Positions 1-8,179 of a stretch of DNA of 32,000 nt are shown here, piece by piece. The stretch is from NCBI GenBank assembly GCA_001552015.1, contig CP010514.1, positions 300,001 through 332,000 of the forward strand, in the 5' to 3' direction. Position 1 is the first letter of the stretch; each line of letters opens with the position of its first letter. The stretch comes from Candidatus Nanopusillus acidilobi. Its GTDB lineage: Archaea; Nanobdellota; Nanobdellia; Nanobdellales; Nanobdellaceae. The notes beneath the pieces are model-generated. The model was not told the origin of the DNA and did not search any database. It worked only from the letters and a program-made list of their open reading frames with translations. Position numbers and translations under genes: made by a program.

Positions 1-48
1 TAAAAAATAATGTTATTAATATAAAAATTTCTCTTAAATAAAAAACAA

Positions 49-1353
49 TTATGTATTTAATTTTACTATTTCCTCAAATATTTTATTAACATCTATACTT
101 TTGTCATAAGAATCTATCACAACTCTATATAATGGTTCTGTTTCTGAATATCTTACCAATATTCTTAAGTTATCCTTTAATAATTCTATACCATCTAAAT
201 CTCCATTTAAATCATTTAATATAAATCCATTATTCTTTCCATATTCTTTTACTTTATCAATTAAATTTGGATTATTTCTTGGTATATCTTTCTCTAACCA
301 TGTAAATTCTGGAATATTTAAATTATTTATATCTATACCCTTTTTCATATATTTTAATAACATCAATGCGCCGAATAATGCATCATCAATATAATCATTT
401 TCAGCAAAATAAATATGACCAGTATATTCAATACATAAATATGCTCTATTTTGTTGACCTGCAAATTTAATAAATGTATGGCCAGGTCTTTTTATAATTA
501 CTTTTCCTCCTTTTTCTTCAACCAATTTTCTTAAATAAATTGGTAATGAAATTTCTAATACATATGTTCTGTCTTTTTTAATAAAAGGTATTAAATATTT
601 ATCCATTCTAATTCTATTTCCATATTTATCTACTACACCCAATCTATCCCCATCGCCATCAAACATAAATCCAATATCTAAATCCTTTCTATTTCTCATT
701 AATTCTTGTAAAGATTTAATATTTTCATCTTTTGAAGGGTCGGGATTATGCCCTGGAAAAGTTCCATCCATATTATCATTAATTGCTATAACTTCATTTC
801 CTAAATCTGTTAATACATCTTTCATTAAAGTCAATACAGAATTTGAAGGATCATAACCAACTTTAAATCCACTCACTCCCTTAAATTTCTCTTTTAGATG
901 TTTTTTATAAATATCTCTTGCTTCTTCAATAACTTCTAGCATTCCTTCTTTTTGTGTTGGCCTTATATCTTCATATGTTAATTTTTCAATTTTATCGATT
1001 TCTTCTTTTGGTAGATCATTTCCATTACTATTAATTGGTTTTATCCCGTTATATTGCAAAGAATTATGAGATGCAGTTATCATTAATACTGGAATATTAT
1101 ACACTTTTGCCAAATAATGTGCTTCTGGTGTAGATCCAATTCCAAAATCTAATACATCATGTGTATAAACTAATGTTTCTACTAAAATATCTCTTATTCT
1201 TGGAGAAGATAATCTTATATCTCTTACAATTCCTATTGATTCATAGTTATTAAAATATCTTCCCAATGCATATCCAATTTTGTATAATAGTTCATCTGTT
1301 AGTTCTTGTCCATAAACGCCTCTGATATCATATAATTTAAATACTCCACTCAT
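49..1353 (-). CDS. Phosphomannomutase/phosphoglucomutase (alpha-D-phosphohexomutase superfamily)
   Basis: Family hallmarks occur in order: FKLYDIRGVYG near the N-terminus, phosphoserine loop ITASHNSLQYNGIK, Mg-binding FMFDGDGDRLGVVD, and C-terminal VRYSETEP loop. The track ORF starts at a TTG (1392). I prefer the first ATG at 1353 (MSGVFKLYDIRG), which is where homologues begin. Confidence 0.85.
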   Translation of the reverse strand: MSGVFKLYDIRGVYGQELTDELLYKIGYALGRYFNNYESIGIVRDIRLSSPRIRDILVETLVYTHDVLDFGIGSTPEAHYLAKVYNIPVLMITASHNSLQYNGIKPINSNGNDLPKEEIDKIEKLTYEDIRPTQKEGMLEVIEEARDIYKKHLKEKFKGVSGFKVGYDPSNSVLTLMKDVLTDLGNEVIAINDNMDGTFPGHNPDPSKDENIKSLQELMRNRKDLDIGFMFDGDGDRLGVVDKYGNRIRMDKYLIPFIKKDRTYVLEISLPIYLRKLVEEKGGKVIIKRPGHTFIKFAGQQNRAYLCIEYTGHIYFAENDYIDDALFGALMLLKYMKKGIDINNLNIPEFTWLEKDIPRNNPNLIDKVKEYGKNNGFILNDLNGDLDGIELLKDNLRILVRYSETEPLYRVVIDSYDKSIDVNKIFEEIVKLNT

Positions 1354-1487
1354 GATTAACTTTAAATCTTTGATATTTAAATATCTTATCAAACATATGA
1401 ATTTATGATAATATATTAAAGGTTAAATAAATATTTTTCATTTTTTGTAATTAAAGGTTTCAAAATCTTAATTTTTATATATCTTTT

Positions 1488-2819
1488 ATGAAGAAAACAA
1501 AAATTGTTGCTACAATAGGTCCAAGTAGTATAGATAAGATAAAAGAATTAGATAAATATGTAGATGTATATAGGATAAATTTTTCACATGGAGATAAGAA
1601 GAGTCATGAAGAATATTTTAAAATAATTAGAGAAAATAGCGAAAAGCCCATATTAGTAGATTTACCAGGACCAAAGCTAAGGATAGGAAATCTAAAAGAA
1701 AAAATATTATTAAAACCAAGAGATAAAATAATATTTTCTCAAGATGATGGTATTCCAGTAGAGGATCCATTATTTTATAAGGTAGTTAAAGAAAATACTG
1801 ACATATATTTAGATGATGGAAATATAAAAGTTCATATAGATAAAGTAAATAATAATAAGGTAGAAGGAACTGTTCTAACTGGAGGAATATTAACATCTAG
1901 AAAAGGAATAAATATTCCAGATCTAAATTTAGATACTGGAGTAACCCAAAGAGATTTAGAACTATTAAAAGAAGCTTTAGATTTGGGTGCAGATTTTATA
2001 GGAGTATCTTTTGTTTTATCAAAAGAAGATATAATAAAAGTTAAAGAAATAGTAAAAGATAAAGCCTGGGTGATTGCTAAAATAGAAACTAAAAAAGCTT
2101 TAGATGACTTGGAAAACATAATTAAAGTATCTGATGGTGTAATGGTAGCAAGAGGAGATTTGGGAGTAGATATAGGATTTTCAAATTTAATATTTGCACA
2201 AAAAAGAATAATTAAAACATCAAGATTATATGGAAAGCCTGTTATACTGGCTACACAAGTATTAGAATCTATGGTAAATAATTCAATACCAACTAGAGCT
2301 GAAGTAATAGATGCTTCTGTATCTGTATTAGAAGGTGTAGATGCTATAATGTTAAGTGATGAAACAGCAATAGGTAATTATCCAATAGATTCTGTAAAAG
2401 TATTAGAAGAAATAATATTAAATGTAGAAAAAGAAGTAAAGCCAGAATTGTTACCTCCGAATAATATTAATGATTCTATAGCAGTAGGTGCAGTAAGTAC
2501 TTCGGAATTTGATAATGATATAAAACTAATTGTTGCGCATAGTAGAACTGGAAATTCCATAATAAGAGTTTCAAGATTAAGACCAAAACAAATTATAATA
2601 GGAATTACACCAAATAAGGAATTATATAGGAAATTATACTTATTATATGGAGTATATCCTGAACTAGAAAGTGTAGAAATTAAAGATATACTTGATATAA
2701 TAAATAATTCCAAATTAATAGCTAAGAAATATATTAATAATGGATATATATTAATATTAGGTGGAGATCCTAAATCAGAAATCGGAAGAACGGATTTTAT
2801 AAAAATAGAAAAAATATAA
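1488..2819 (+). CDS. pyk: Pyruvate kinase
   Basis: The N-terminus KKTKIVATIGPSS, then YRINFSHGD, VDLPGPKLRIG, AKIETKKAL, MVARGDLGV and MLSDETAIGNYP are the canonical PK motifs in canonical order. At 443 aa it has no extra regulatory domain. Confidence 0.93.
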   Translation: MKKTKIVATIGPSSIDKIKELDKYVDVYRINFSHGDKKSHEEYFKIIRENSEKPILVDLPGPKLRIGNLKEKILLKPRDKIIFSQDDGIPVEDPLFYKVVKENTDIYLDDGNIKVHIDKVNNNKVEGTVLTGGILTSRKGINIPDLNLDTGVTQRDLELLKEALDLGADFIGVSFVLSKEDIIKVKEIVKDKAWVIAKIETKKALDDLENIIKVSDGVMVARGDLGVDIGFSNLIFAQKRIIKTSRLYGKPVILATQVLESMVNNSIPTRAEVIDASVSVLEGVDAIMLSDETAIGNYPIDSVKVLEEIILNVEKEVKPELLPPNNINDSIAVGAVSTSEFDNDIKLIVAHSRTGNSIIRVSRLRPKQIIIGITPNKELYRKLYLLYGVYPELESVEIKDILDIINNSKLIAKKYINNGYILILGGDPKSEIGRTDFIKIEKI

Positions 2820-2940
2820 CATACACAAATTTTTTATTAACAAAATTATAAAAAACAAAATATTTAATATGAATTTTGGGATATAATCTATAAAAGTTAA
2901 AATTTTTTAATATATATTATCTTATTAATTATAATAAATA

Positions 2941-3035
2941 CCGGGCGTAGCTCAGCCCTGGTAGAGCGGCCGGCTGTAGTGGTTAAATTGGCCGCAGAGA
3001 CCGGCAGGTCGTGGGTTCAAGTCCCACCGCCCGGA
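2941..3035 (+). tRNA. tRNA-Tyr (anticodon GTA) with a 20-nt intron after position 37
   Basis: Cloverleaf folded by hand. Acceptor is CCGGGCG (2941-2947) paired with CGCCCGG (3028-3034). D arm is GCTC-AGCCCTGGTA-GAGC. Anticodon stem is GCCGG (2969-2973) paired with CCGGC (3001-3005). Loop is C-T-GTA-G[intron]A. T arm is GTGGG-TTCAAGT-CCCAC, with discriminator A at 3035. The C1-G72 pair is the archaeal/eukaryal tyrosine identity pair. No CCA is encoded. Confidence 0.9.
2980..2999 (+). other. tRNA-Tyr intron (canonical 37/38 position) forming a bulge-helix-bulge splice motif
   Basis: Intron is TGGTTAAATTGGCCGCAGAG. Exon C32-U33-G34-U35 pairs with intron G15-C16-A17-G18 to give a 4-bp helix. It is flanked by 3-nt bulges A36-G37/U1 and A19-G20/A38, which carry the two splice sites. 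Intron G2-G3 pairs with C13-C14 to close the outer helix. Confidence 0.8.
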
Positions 3036-3036
3036 C

Positions 3037-3053
3037 TTTTATTTTTATTTTTT
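3037..3053 (+). terminator. Oligo-T tract directly after tRNA-Tyr (putative archaeal terminator)
   Basis: TTTT-A-TTTTT-A-TTTTTT starts 2 nt after the discriminator base. Archaeal RNAP terminates at oligo-T runs. The background is very AT-rich, so specificity is limited. Confidence 0.45.
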
Positions 3054-3064
3054 AACAATTATAT

Positions 3065-3847
3065 ATGAGAAAATTATTATTAATTCCATCAACATTTACT
3101 GGAGAAAAAAGAGATCAAAAGATTAGAATATTTTTAATATCACAATTAGCAAGAGCAATTGTAAATTTTGGGATAAATGAAGTAGGAATATATTATGATG
3201 ATGATCCAAAATTTAATTCACATGGTTTGGGAAGATTTATTTTAAAAGTATTAAAATATTTAAATACCCCACCATATATTAGAAAAATTGCATTTCCGAT
3301 TGATAAAGAATTAAAATATATTGGTTCTGCTTTACCTTTAAATGTATACTATCATAAAGATAGAACAAGATATGAATATGTTTATATATTAAAAAGAGAA
3401 AAAGATAAATTTTATGTAACAAATGGAGAAGAAAAATTTTATGCAAATGTAAATAAAAAATATAGAAAAACAAATATATTAATTTATGATAAAGTAAATA
3501 AGAAATTATTGTATCCATATGAAACAGAATTTTATTTTGGTTATGAAGTATTTTATTATAATAAAACTTTAGAAGAATTAATTAAAAAATTAAAAGAAGA
3601 AAATTTTTATTTAATAGCAACATCTAGATATGGAGAAGATATAAAAAATATAAAGATTGAGAAAAGGGATAAAATTGCAATTGCTTTTGGATCTTTTGCA
3701 AGAGGTATTGAAGATATGATAAAAAATTGGAAAGAAAAATTTGATATATCAATAAATATATGCCCAGACCAAAAATTAGAAACCATTAGAACTGAAGAAG
3801 CTGTATATTATACTTTATCATTATTACATTATAAGGAAATTATATGA
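3065..3847 (+). CDS. SPOUT-class putative RNA methyltransferase (COG2106 / DUF171-like)
   Basis: N-terminal LLLIPSTF...ISQLARAIVNFGINEVGIYYDD and C-terminal LIATSRYGE, IAIAFGSFARGIEDMI and INICPDQKLETIRTEEAVYYTLSLL match my recollection of the DUF171/Methyltrn_RNA_3 pattern (trefoil-knot C-terminal half). Confidence 0.7.
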   Translation: MRKLLLIPSTFTGEKRDQKIRIFLISQLARAIVNFGINEVGIYYDDDPKFNSHGLGRFILKVLKYLNTPPYIRKIAFPIDKELKYIGSALPLNVYYHKDRTRYEYVYILKREKDKFYVTNGEEKFYANVNKKYRKTNILIYDKVNKKLLYPYETEFYFGYEVFYYNKTLEELIKKLKEENFYLIATSRYGEDIKNIKIEKRDKIAIAFGSFARGIEDMIKNWKEKFDISINICPDQKLETIRTEEAVYYTLSLLHYKEII

Positions 3848-3874
3848 ATTATCAGTTTTTGATAGTTATAATTC

Positions 3875-3882
3875 TTTATAAA
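3875..3882 (+). promoter_or_regulatory. TATA-box candidate TTTATAAA, 31 to 24 nt upstream of the 3906 ATG
   Basis: Matches the archaeal TATA consensus. It sits at the same distance from the start codon as equivalent boxes at 4493, 17333, 24178, 25379(-), 27402(-) and 29779. Confidence 0.4.
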
Positions 3883-3905
3883 TTATAATAAACTTATTTT
3901 AAAAT

Positions 3906-4490
3906 ATGTTATCAGAAGGCTTTGAATTATTAGAAAAATATGGAATAAAGATTCCTAAATATTGGGTAAATGAAGTACCGTTGCATTCAAATTTTCCATT
4001 AGTAATAAAGGCAGACTTAAATCATAAAACAGATTTGGGTGCAGTAAAATTAAATATACAAAATTATAGTGAACTAAAAAAATATTATGAAGAATTTAAG
4101 AAAAAATTTAATACAGATATAATTATACAAGAACAAGTAATTGGAGAATTTAATGAAGTAATAATTGGAATAAAGTATGATAAAATATTTGGAGATATAT
4201 GCTTAATAGGGATTGGCGGAATATATACAGAATTATTAAAAGATTTTATTATTCTATCTTTACCTTTTGATATAAATATTTTAGAAAGAAGATTAAGAGA
4301 TTTAAAATTATATCCAATGTTAAATGGATTTAGAAATAGACCAAAAGTAAATATTAATTTATTATATGAAAATATAATGAAATTATATGAATTATACAAA
4401 AAAGAAAGATTGTTAGAAATTGAAATCAATCCTTTATTAATTAATGAAAAAGAATCATATGCTGTAGATATAAGATTTGTAAAGCAATAA
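3906..4490 (+). CDS. ADP-forming acetyl-CoA synthetase beta subunit-like ATP-grasp protein
   Basis: Colinear with archaeal ACD beta subunits: LLEKYGIKIPKY, VIKADLNHKTDLGAVKLNI, IIIQEQV, EVIIGIKYDKIFGDICLIGIGGIYTELLKD and LLEIEINPLLI. At 194 aa it is shorter than the usual 230 aa or so. Confidence 0.7.
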   Translation: MLSEGFELLEKYGIKIPKYWVNEVPLHSNFPLVIKADLNHKTDLGAVKLNIQNYSELKKYYEEFKKKFNTDIIIQEQVIGEFNEVIIGIKYDKIFGDICLIGIGGIYTELLKDFIILSLPFDINILERRLRDLKLYPMLNGFRNRPKVNINLLYENIMKLYELYKKERLLEIEINPLLINEKESYAVDIRFVKQ

Positions 4491-4492
4491 TT

Positions 4493-4500
4493 TTTATATA
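4493..4500 (+). promoter_or_regulatory. TATA-box candidate TTTATATA, 30 to 23 nt upstream of the 4523 ATG
   Basis: Exact consensus octamer in a 32-nt spacer. No Shine-Dalgarno-like purine run lies between it and the ATG, which suggests a leaderless or near-leaderless mRNA. Confidence 0.45.
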
Positions 4501-4522
4501 ATTTTTTAATTAAGATATTTTT

Positions 4523-5470
4523 ATGGTAAAACTTGGTATATATGGAACTGTTTATAATTCTGCAGATACTGTTAGAACAACAATTGAAGATTTAAAGAAA
4601 AAATTAAAATATGATTTTGTAATTTCTGTTTGTGATAATTTTTCAAAAGATGGAACATTTGAAATATTAAAAGAATATGATTTTATTGATGCATTTCAAA
4701 AAGAATCTACAAGGGGATTAGGAAGGCAATATGCGTTAGAAAATTTGATTAAGAATCATCCTGATGTAGATTATATATTTTATATAGATTTTGATGTTAT
4801 ATTTCCTGATTATTTAAATGAATTAATAAAAGGAATTATAAAGATATATAAAGAAAATACAATTATTGGTTTTGGTTCTAGTTCAGGATTTGCTTCATTA
4901 GATACTTATAAAAGAATATTAGCAAAGGTAAGATGGAGAGATATGAATGTCGCTGAAGATTTTATGTATATTATTGATATAATTCATAAAGGATTTGATT
5001 TATGCATCCTTGGATTGCCATTATCTTTTAATCAGGAAAGACCAAAAAGAGAAAGAAAATATGCAAAAGGATTAAAATATATAAATAGATTATTTAAAAT
5101 CTACTTTAAAGACTATGCTTTACATAAATTATTAGCTATTTGGATAAAATTTAATTCAATAAAAGACTATGAAAGAATTTTACATACACATCTAAAAGAT
5201 TTTTTATTACCTCCAGAACTAGATTTAGATAAAAATCTGCTATTTTTAATTATTCCATATTATCCAGGATACTTAATGAAAATGATAAAAAAATTATCAA
5301 AATATTATGATTATATATACTTATATAAAGTGAGAAGAAAAAGAAGACCAGGATATTATTTAATAATTTATTATGATTATAAAACAATTGAAAAGTATCT
5401 TATGAACTTTCTAAAATATGTTAACAAACCTTTTGATCCAAACAAAGTAATAAAAATTAATCTAAAATAG
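4523..5470 (+). CDS. Family 2 glycosyltransferase-like protein with long C-terminal extension
   Basis: GT-A/GT2 N-terminal pattern: LGIYGTVYNSADTV, ISVCDNFSKDGTFEIL, STRGLGRQYALENL, DYIFYIDFDVIF (DxD position) and VAEDFMY. The C-terminal 150 aa or so has no recognisable motif. Confidence 0.6.
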   Translation: MVKLGIYGTVYNSADTVRTTIEDLKKKLKYDFVISVCDNFSKDGTFEILKEYDFIDAFQKESTRGLGRQYALENLIKNHPDVDYIFYIDFDVIFPDYLNELIKGIIKIYKENTIIGFGSSSGFASLDTYKRILAKVRWRDMNVAEDFMYIIDIIHKGFDLCILGLPLSFNQERPKRERKYAKGLKYINRLFKIYFKDYALHKLLAIWIKFNSIKDYERILHTHLKDFLLPPELDLDKNLLFLIIPYYPGYLMKMIKKLSKYYDYIYLYKVRRKRRPGYYLIIYYDYKTIEKYLMNFLKYVNKPFDPNKVIKINLK

Positions 5471-6352
5471 CTTTAGATTATCTTTATTTTCTAATACATT
5501 TACGAAGTTTTCATTAAATTTGATTAATCCATTAACCATATCATACATTTTATTATATAATTTTACAATTCCTAAATCTTGATTATAATTATCTGGAGAG
5601 AAATCTAAATCTTTATCATATTCTTTTGTTGACCTTTCATGTAACATTAAGATTCCAGTCAATATTAATATATTTCCAAATATATTTAATGTGTCTTTAT
5701 TTTTTTCCAATTCTCTTTTAATTAAACTTCTAGCCATTCCTGCATTTAATACATTACTCGCTTTTCCACCCATTCTACTAAATAAATTCATAGCAAAATT
5801 AATTAAACTCTCAACAACCTCTTCAGACATTTGATATTTATTAACCAATTCATTAATTGAAAACAAATTATTTAAATCATTTTCATTATATCTAACAATA
5901 TTTTTTCTCTCATTTTTATCCTTTAATTTTTTTAAAAATTCGTCTACTTCTTTTTTATATTTTTCATAATCTTCTTTAAATTTTTTCTTATTTTCTTCAG
6001 ATAATAATATTTCATACATTGTAGAATTTTGATTGATTATTTTCTTTAATTTATCAAATATCTTATTTTTATTTATAAAATCCTCAAATGAATCATAATT
6101 TTTATCTTTTACATCCTTTAATTTTATCATTTGGAATAATAATACTAAACTTTTTACAGAAGAATATAATGATTGTTCTAAATAATATATTGCCAAATTA
6201 TAATTTTTCTTATTATATAAATCATACGAATCTGATAAATTTTTCTTAGCATTCTCTATTAATTCCTTTGAATATTCTATATTTTCTTGAGGTACTTTCT
6301 TAAATAAATTAAAACCAGTCATTAATTTTGCAAGATCAAATATGCCAACCAT
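5462..6352 (-). CDS. Hypothetical protein, K/E/N-rich helical; possible split HEPN-like fold
   Basis: Long ORF starting 15 nt downstream of the M20 peptidase gene on the same strand. The N-terminal NLAIYYLEQSLYSSVKSLVLLF and C-terminal MLHERSTKEYD weakly recall the two conserved helices of HEPN domains, separated here by a large coiled-coil-like insert. No firm family assignment. Confidence 0.5.
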   Translation of the reverse strand: MVGIFDLAKLMTGFNLFKKVPQENIEYSKELIENAKKNLSDSYDLYNKKNYNLAIYYLEQSLYSSVKSLVLLFQMIKLKDVKDKNYDSFEDFINKNKIFDKLKKIINQNSTMYEILLSEENKKKFKEDYEKYKKEVDEFLKKLKDKNERKNIVRYNENDLNNLFSINELVNKYQMSEEVVESLINFAMNLFSRMGGKASNVLNAGMARSLIKRELEKNKDTLNIFGNILILTGILMLHERSTKEYDKDLDFSPDNYNQDLGIVKLYNKMYDMVNGLIKFNENFVNVLENKDNLKLF

Positions 6353-6367
6353 TATTTTAATATAACA

Positions 6368-7576
6368 TTAAGGTTTAAGAATTTCTAATAATATTTTTGC
6401 ATCATTTATTATATCATTTATATCTATATATTCATTTGGCATATGTGCACTTTCATTATATGTACTCCATACAATTGTATTCAATCCCCTTTCTCTTAAA
6501 TATTTTGCATATGTTCCTCCTCCAATTCCTACCAATCTTGGTTCATTATTTTTATATTTTTTAATTGCTTCTTTTAATTCATTTAAAAATTCATTATTAT
6601 AAATATTTTCTAATATTGATGGATAATCTTTATTTACAATTTCAATATCAATTTTGCAATTATAATTTCTTTCAAATTCTTTACATATATATTCTATTGT
6701 TTGATATACTTCATCTAAATTATAATCTGGCAATATTCTACAATCATAATAAAATATAAATTCTCCAGGTATTGTATTTACATTATCTATATTTTTTTCA
6801 ACTTTTGTTGGTTCAAATGTACTTTTAGGAGGTCTAAATAAATTATTTTCTTTATCATATTTTTCATGTAAAGAATCATATAATTGTAAAATTAACATAG
6901 ATCCTAATTTTGTTGAATTAATACCTAAATCTGGAGTACTTGCATGTGCCTGTTTTCCAATAACCTTAAATTTTATCCATAATATACTTTTCTCAGCAAC
7001 TTCAATATCCAATCCATCAGAACTTCCAGCATCAGGTATTAAAATCCAATCATCTTTTTTAAATAAATTCGACTCTTTTTCTAATATATATTTTAATCCA
7101 TATTTACTTCCGGTTTCTTCATCTGAAGCTAATATTAATCCATAATTATATTTAGGTAAAATATTATTATCCTTAAAATATTTTGCTAATAATATTCCTA
7201 AAACAATTCCATTTCCATTATCTAAAACTCCTCTTCCATATATTTTATTATCTTCAACTGTAACATTAAATGGATCATATTTCCATAGATTTAAACTTCC
7301 TTCTGGTACAGTATCAATATGTGCAATTATCCAAAATGTTTTTTCTCTATTTTTTCCATATTTTATTGCAATAATATTTGGTCTTGATTTTTCTTTTACC
7401 CTTTCATCAGGTGCCTCAATTATTTTAATTTCATCAAACAAATCTTTTACAATATTATATAATACTTTTGCTCTTTCCCATTCACCTTCACCATTATTAT
7501 CCGGTCCAATAGATTTAATTGGTATAAATTTCTTATATAAATCAATTATATAATCTTTGTATTCTTCTATATTCAT
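6368..7576 (-). CDS. M20 family metallopeptidase / deacylase (ArgE/DapE/LysK-like)
   Basis: Zinc-site motifs in order: AHIDTVPEG, YGRGVLDNGNG, ASDEETGS, and late SAHMPNEYIDI. A lid/dimerisation domain lies between them. Confidence 0.85.
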   Translation of the reverse strand: MNIEEYKDYIIDLYKKFIPIKSIGPDNNGEGEWERAKVLYNIVKDLFDEIKIIEAPDERVKEKSRPNIIAIKYGKNREKTFWIIAHIDTVPEGSLNLWKYDPFNVTVEDNKIYGRGVLDNGNGIVLGILLAKYFKDNNILPKYNYGLILASDEETGSKYGLKYILEKESNLFKKDDWILIPDAGSSDGLDIEVAEKSILWIKFKVIGKQAHASTPDLGINSTKLGSMLILQLYDSLHEKYDKENNLFRPPKSTFEPTKVEKNIDNVNTIPGEFIFYYDCRILPDYNLDEVYQTIEYICKEFERNYNCKIDIEIVNKDYPSILENIYNNEFLNELKEAIKKYKNNEPRLVGIGGGTYAKYLRERGLNTIVWSTYNESAHMPNEYIDINDIINDAKILLEILKP

Positions 7577-7603
7577 AAATAAATAATTATTTAATATATT
7601 TAT

Positions 7604-8179
7604 ATGAGTGTTATAAATGGAGAAGATGCAAAGAAATTTGTAAAAGAATATGTAAAGGTAAATCCTGCAGGAATTGATATAAAACCTAAAAAAATATATA
7701 AAATACCTATTAAAAAGATAAAATATATATTAATTGATAAAGATAAGAGAGGATATTTCTTTGATTATAATTTAGATTATGAAGATCTATTAGAAATTGC
7801 AATTAATGAAAATAAAAGAAAAGAATTATTAGAAAATTCATTTAAAAAGATTCCTGATTCATTTATTGAAATAAAACCAAAAAATGATTATTGGATATTA
7901 AATAGAGGATTATACTATGTAGTATTTCCTGAAGTTGAAATTCCAAATGATATGATTGCAATAGCATTGCCAAGGTCTACATTTAATAGATTGGGAATAT
8001 TAAAGTTTGAAAGTGCATTATTTGATCCAGGATATAAAGGAGAATTTACTCAGACATATTATTTTCCAATTAATGCAAAAATAAATATAAATGAAGCATG
8101 GGTGCAATTAATATTTATTAAATTGGAAAAAGAATCAAAAGAAACATATAAAGGATATTGGTATGGAGAAAAATATTGA
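7604..8179 (+). CDS. dUTPase/dCTP-deaminase superfamily protein (archaeal Dut-like)
   Basis: The C-terminal half, ALPRSTFNRLGILKFESALFDPGYKGEFT...AWVQLIF, follows the trimeric dUTPase/DCD pattern (R-S-S-x-x-R-x-G, x-D-P-G-[FY]-x-G, Q-L-x-F). The N-terminal half is not recognisable. Confidence 0.55.
   Translation: MSVINGEDAKKFVKEYVKVNPAGIDIKPKKIYKIPIKKIKYILIDKDKRGYFFDYNLDYEDLLEIAINENKRKELLENSFKKIPDSFIEIKPKNDYWILNRGLYYVVFPEVEIPNDMIAIALPRSTFNRLGILKFESALFDPGYKGEFTQTYYFPINAKININEAWVQLIFIKLEKESKETYKGYWYGEKY

Noticed and set aside
1354-1392. 13-codon N-terminal extension of the PMM/PGM ORF
   Set aside because: It begins at a TTG. The ATG at 1353 gives the conserved MSGVFKLYDIRG N-terminus seen in the family.
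1393-1487. C/D-box sRNA or other small RNA in the largest spacers (1354-1487 and 2820-2940)
   Set aside because: There are no RUGAUGA/CUGA box pairs and no stem-forming GC content. The sequences look like plain promoter DNA for pyk, PMM/PGM and tRNA-Tyr.
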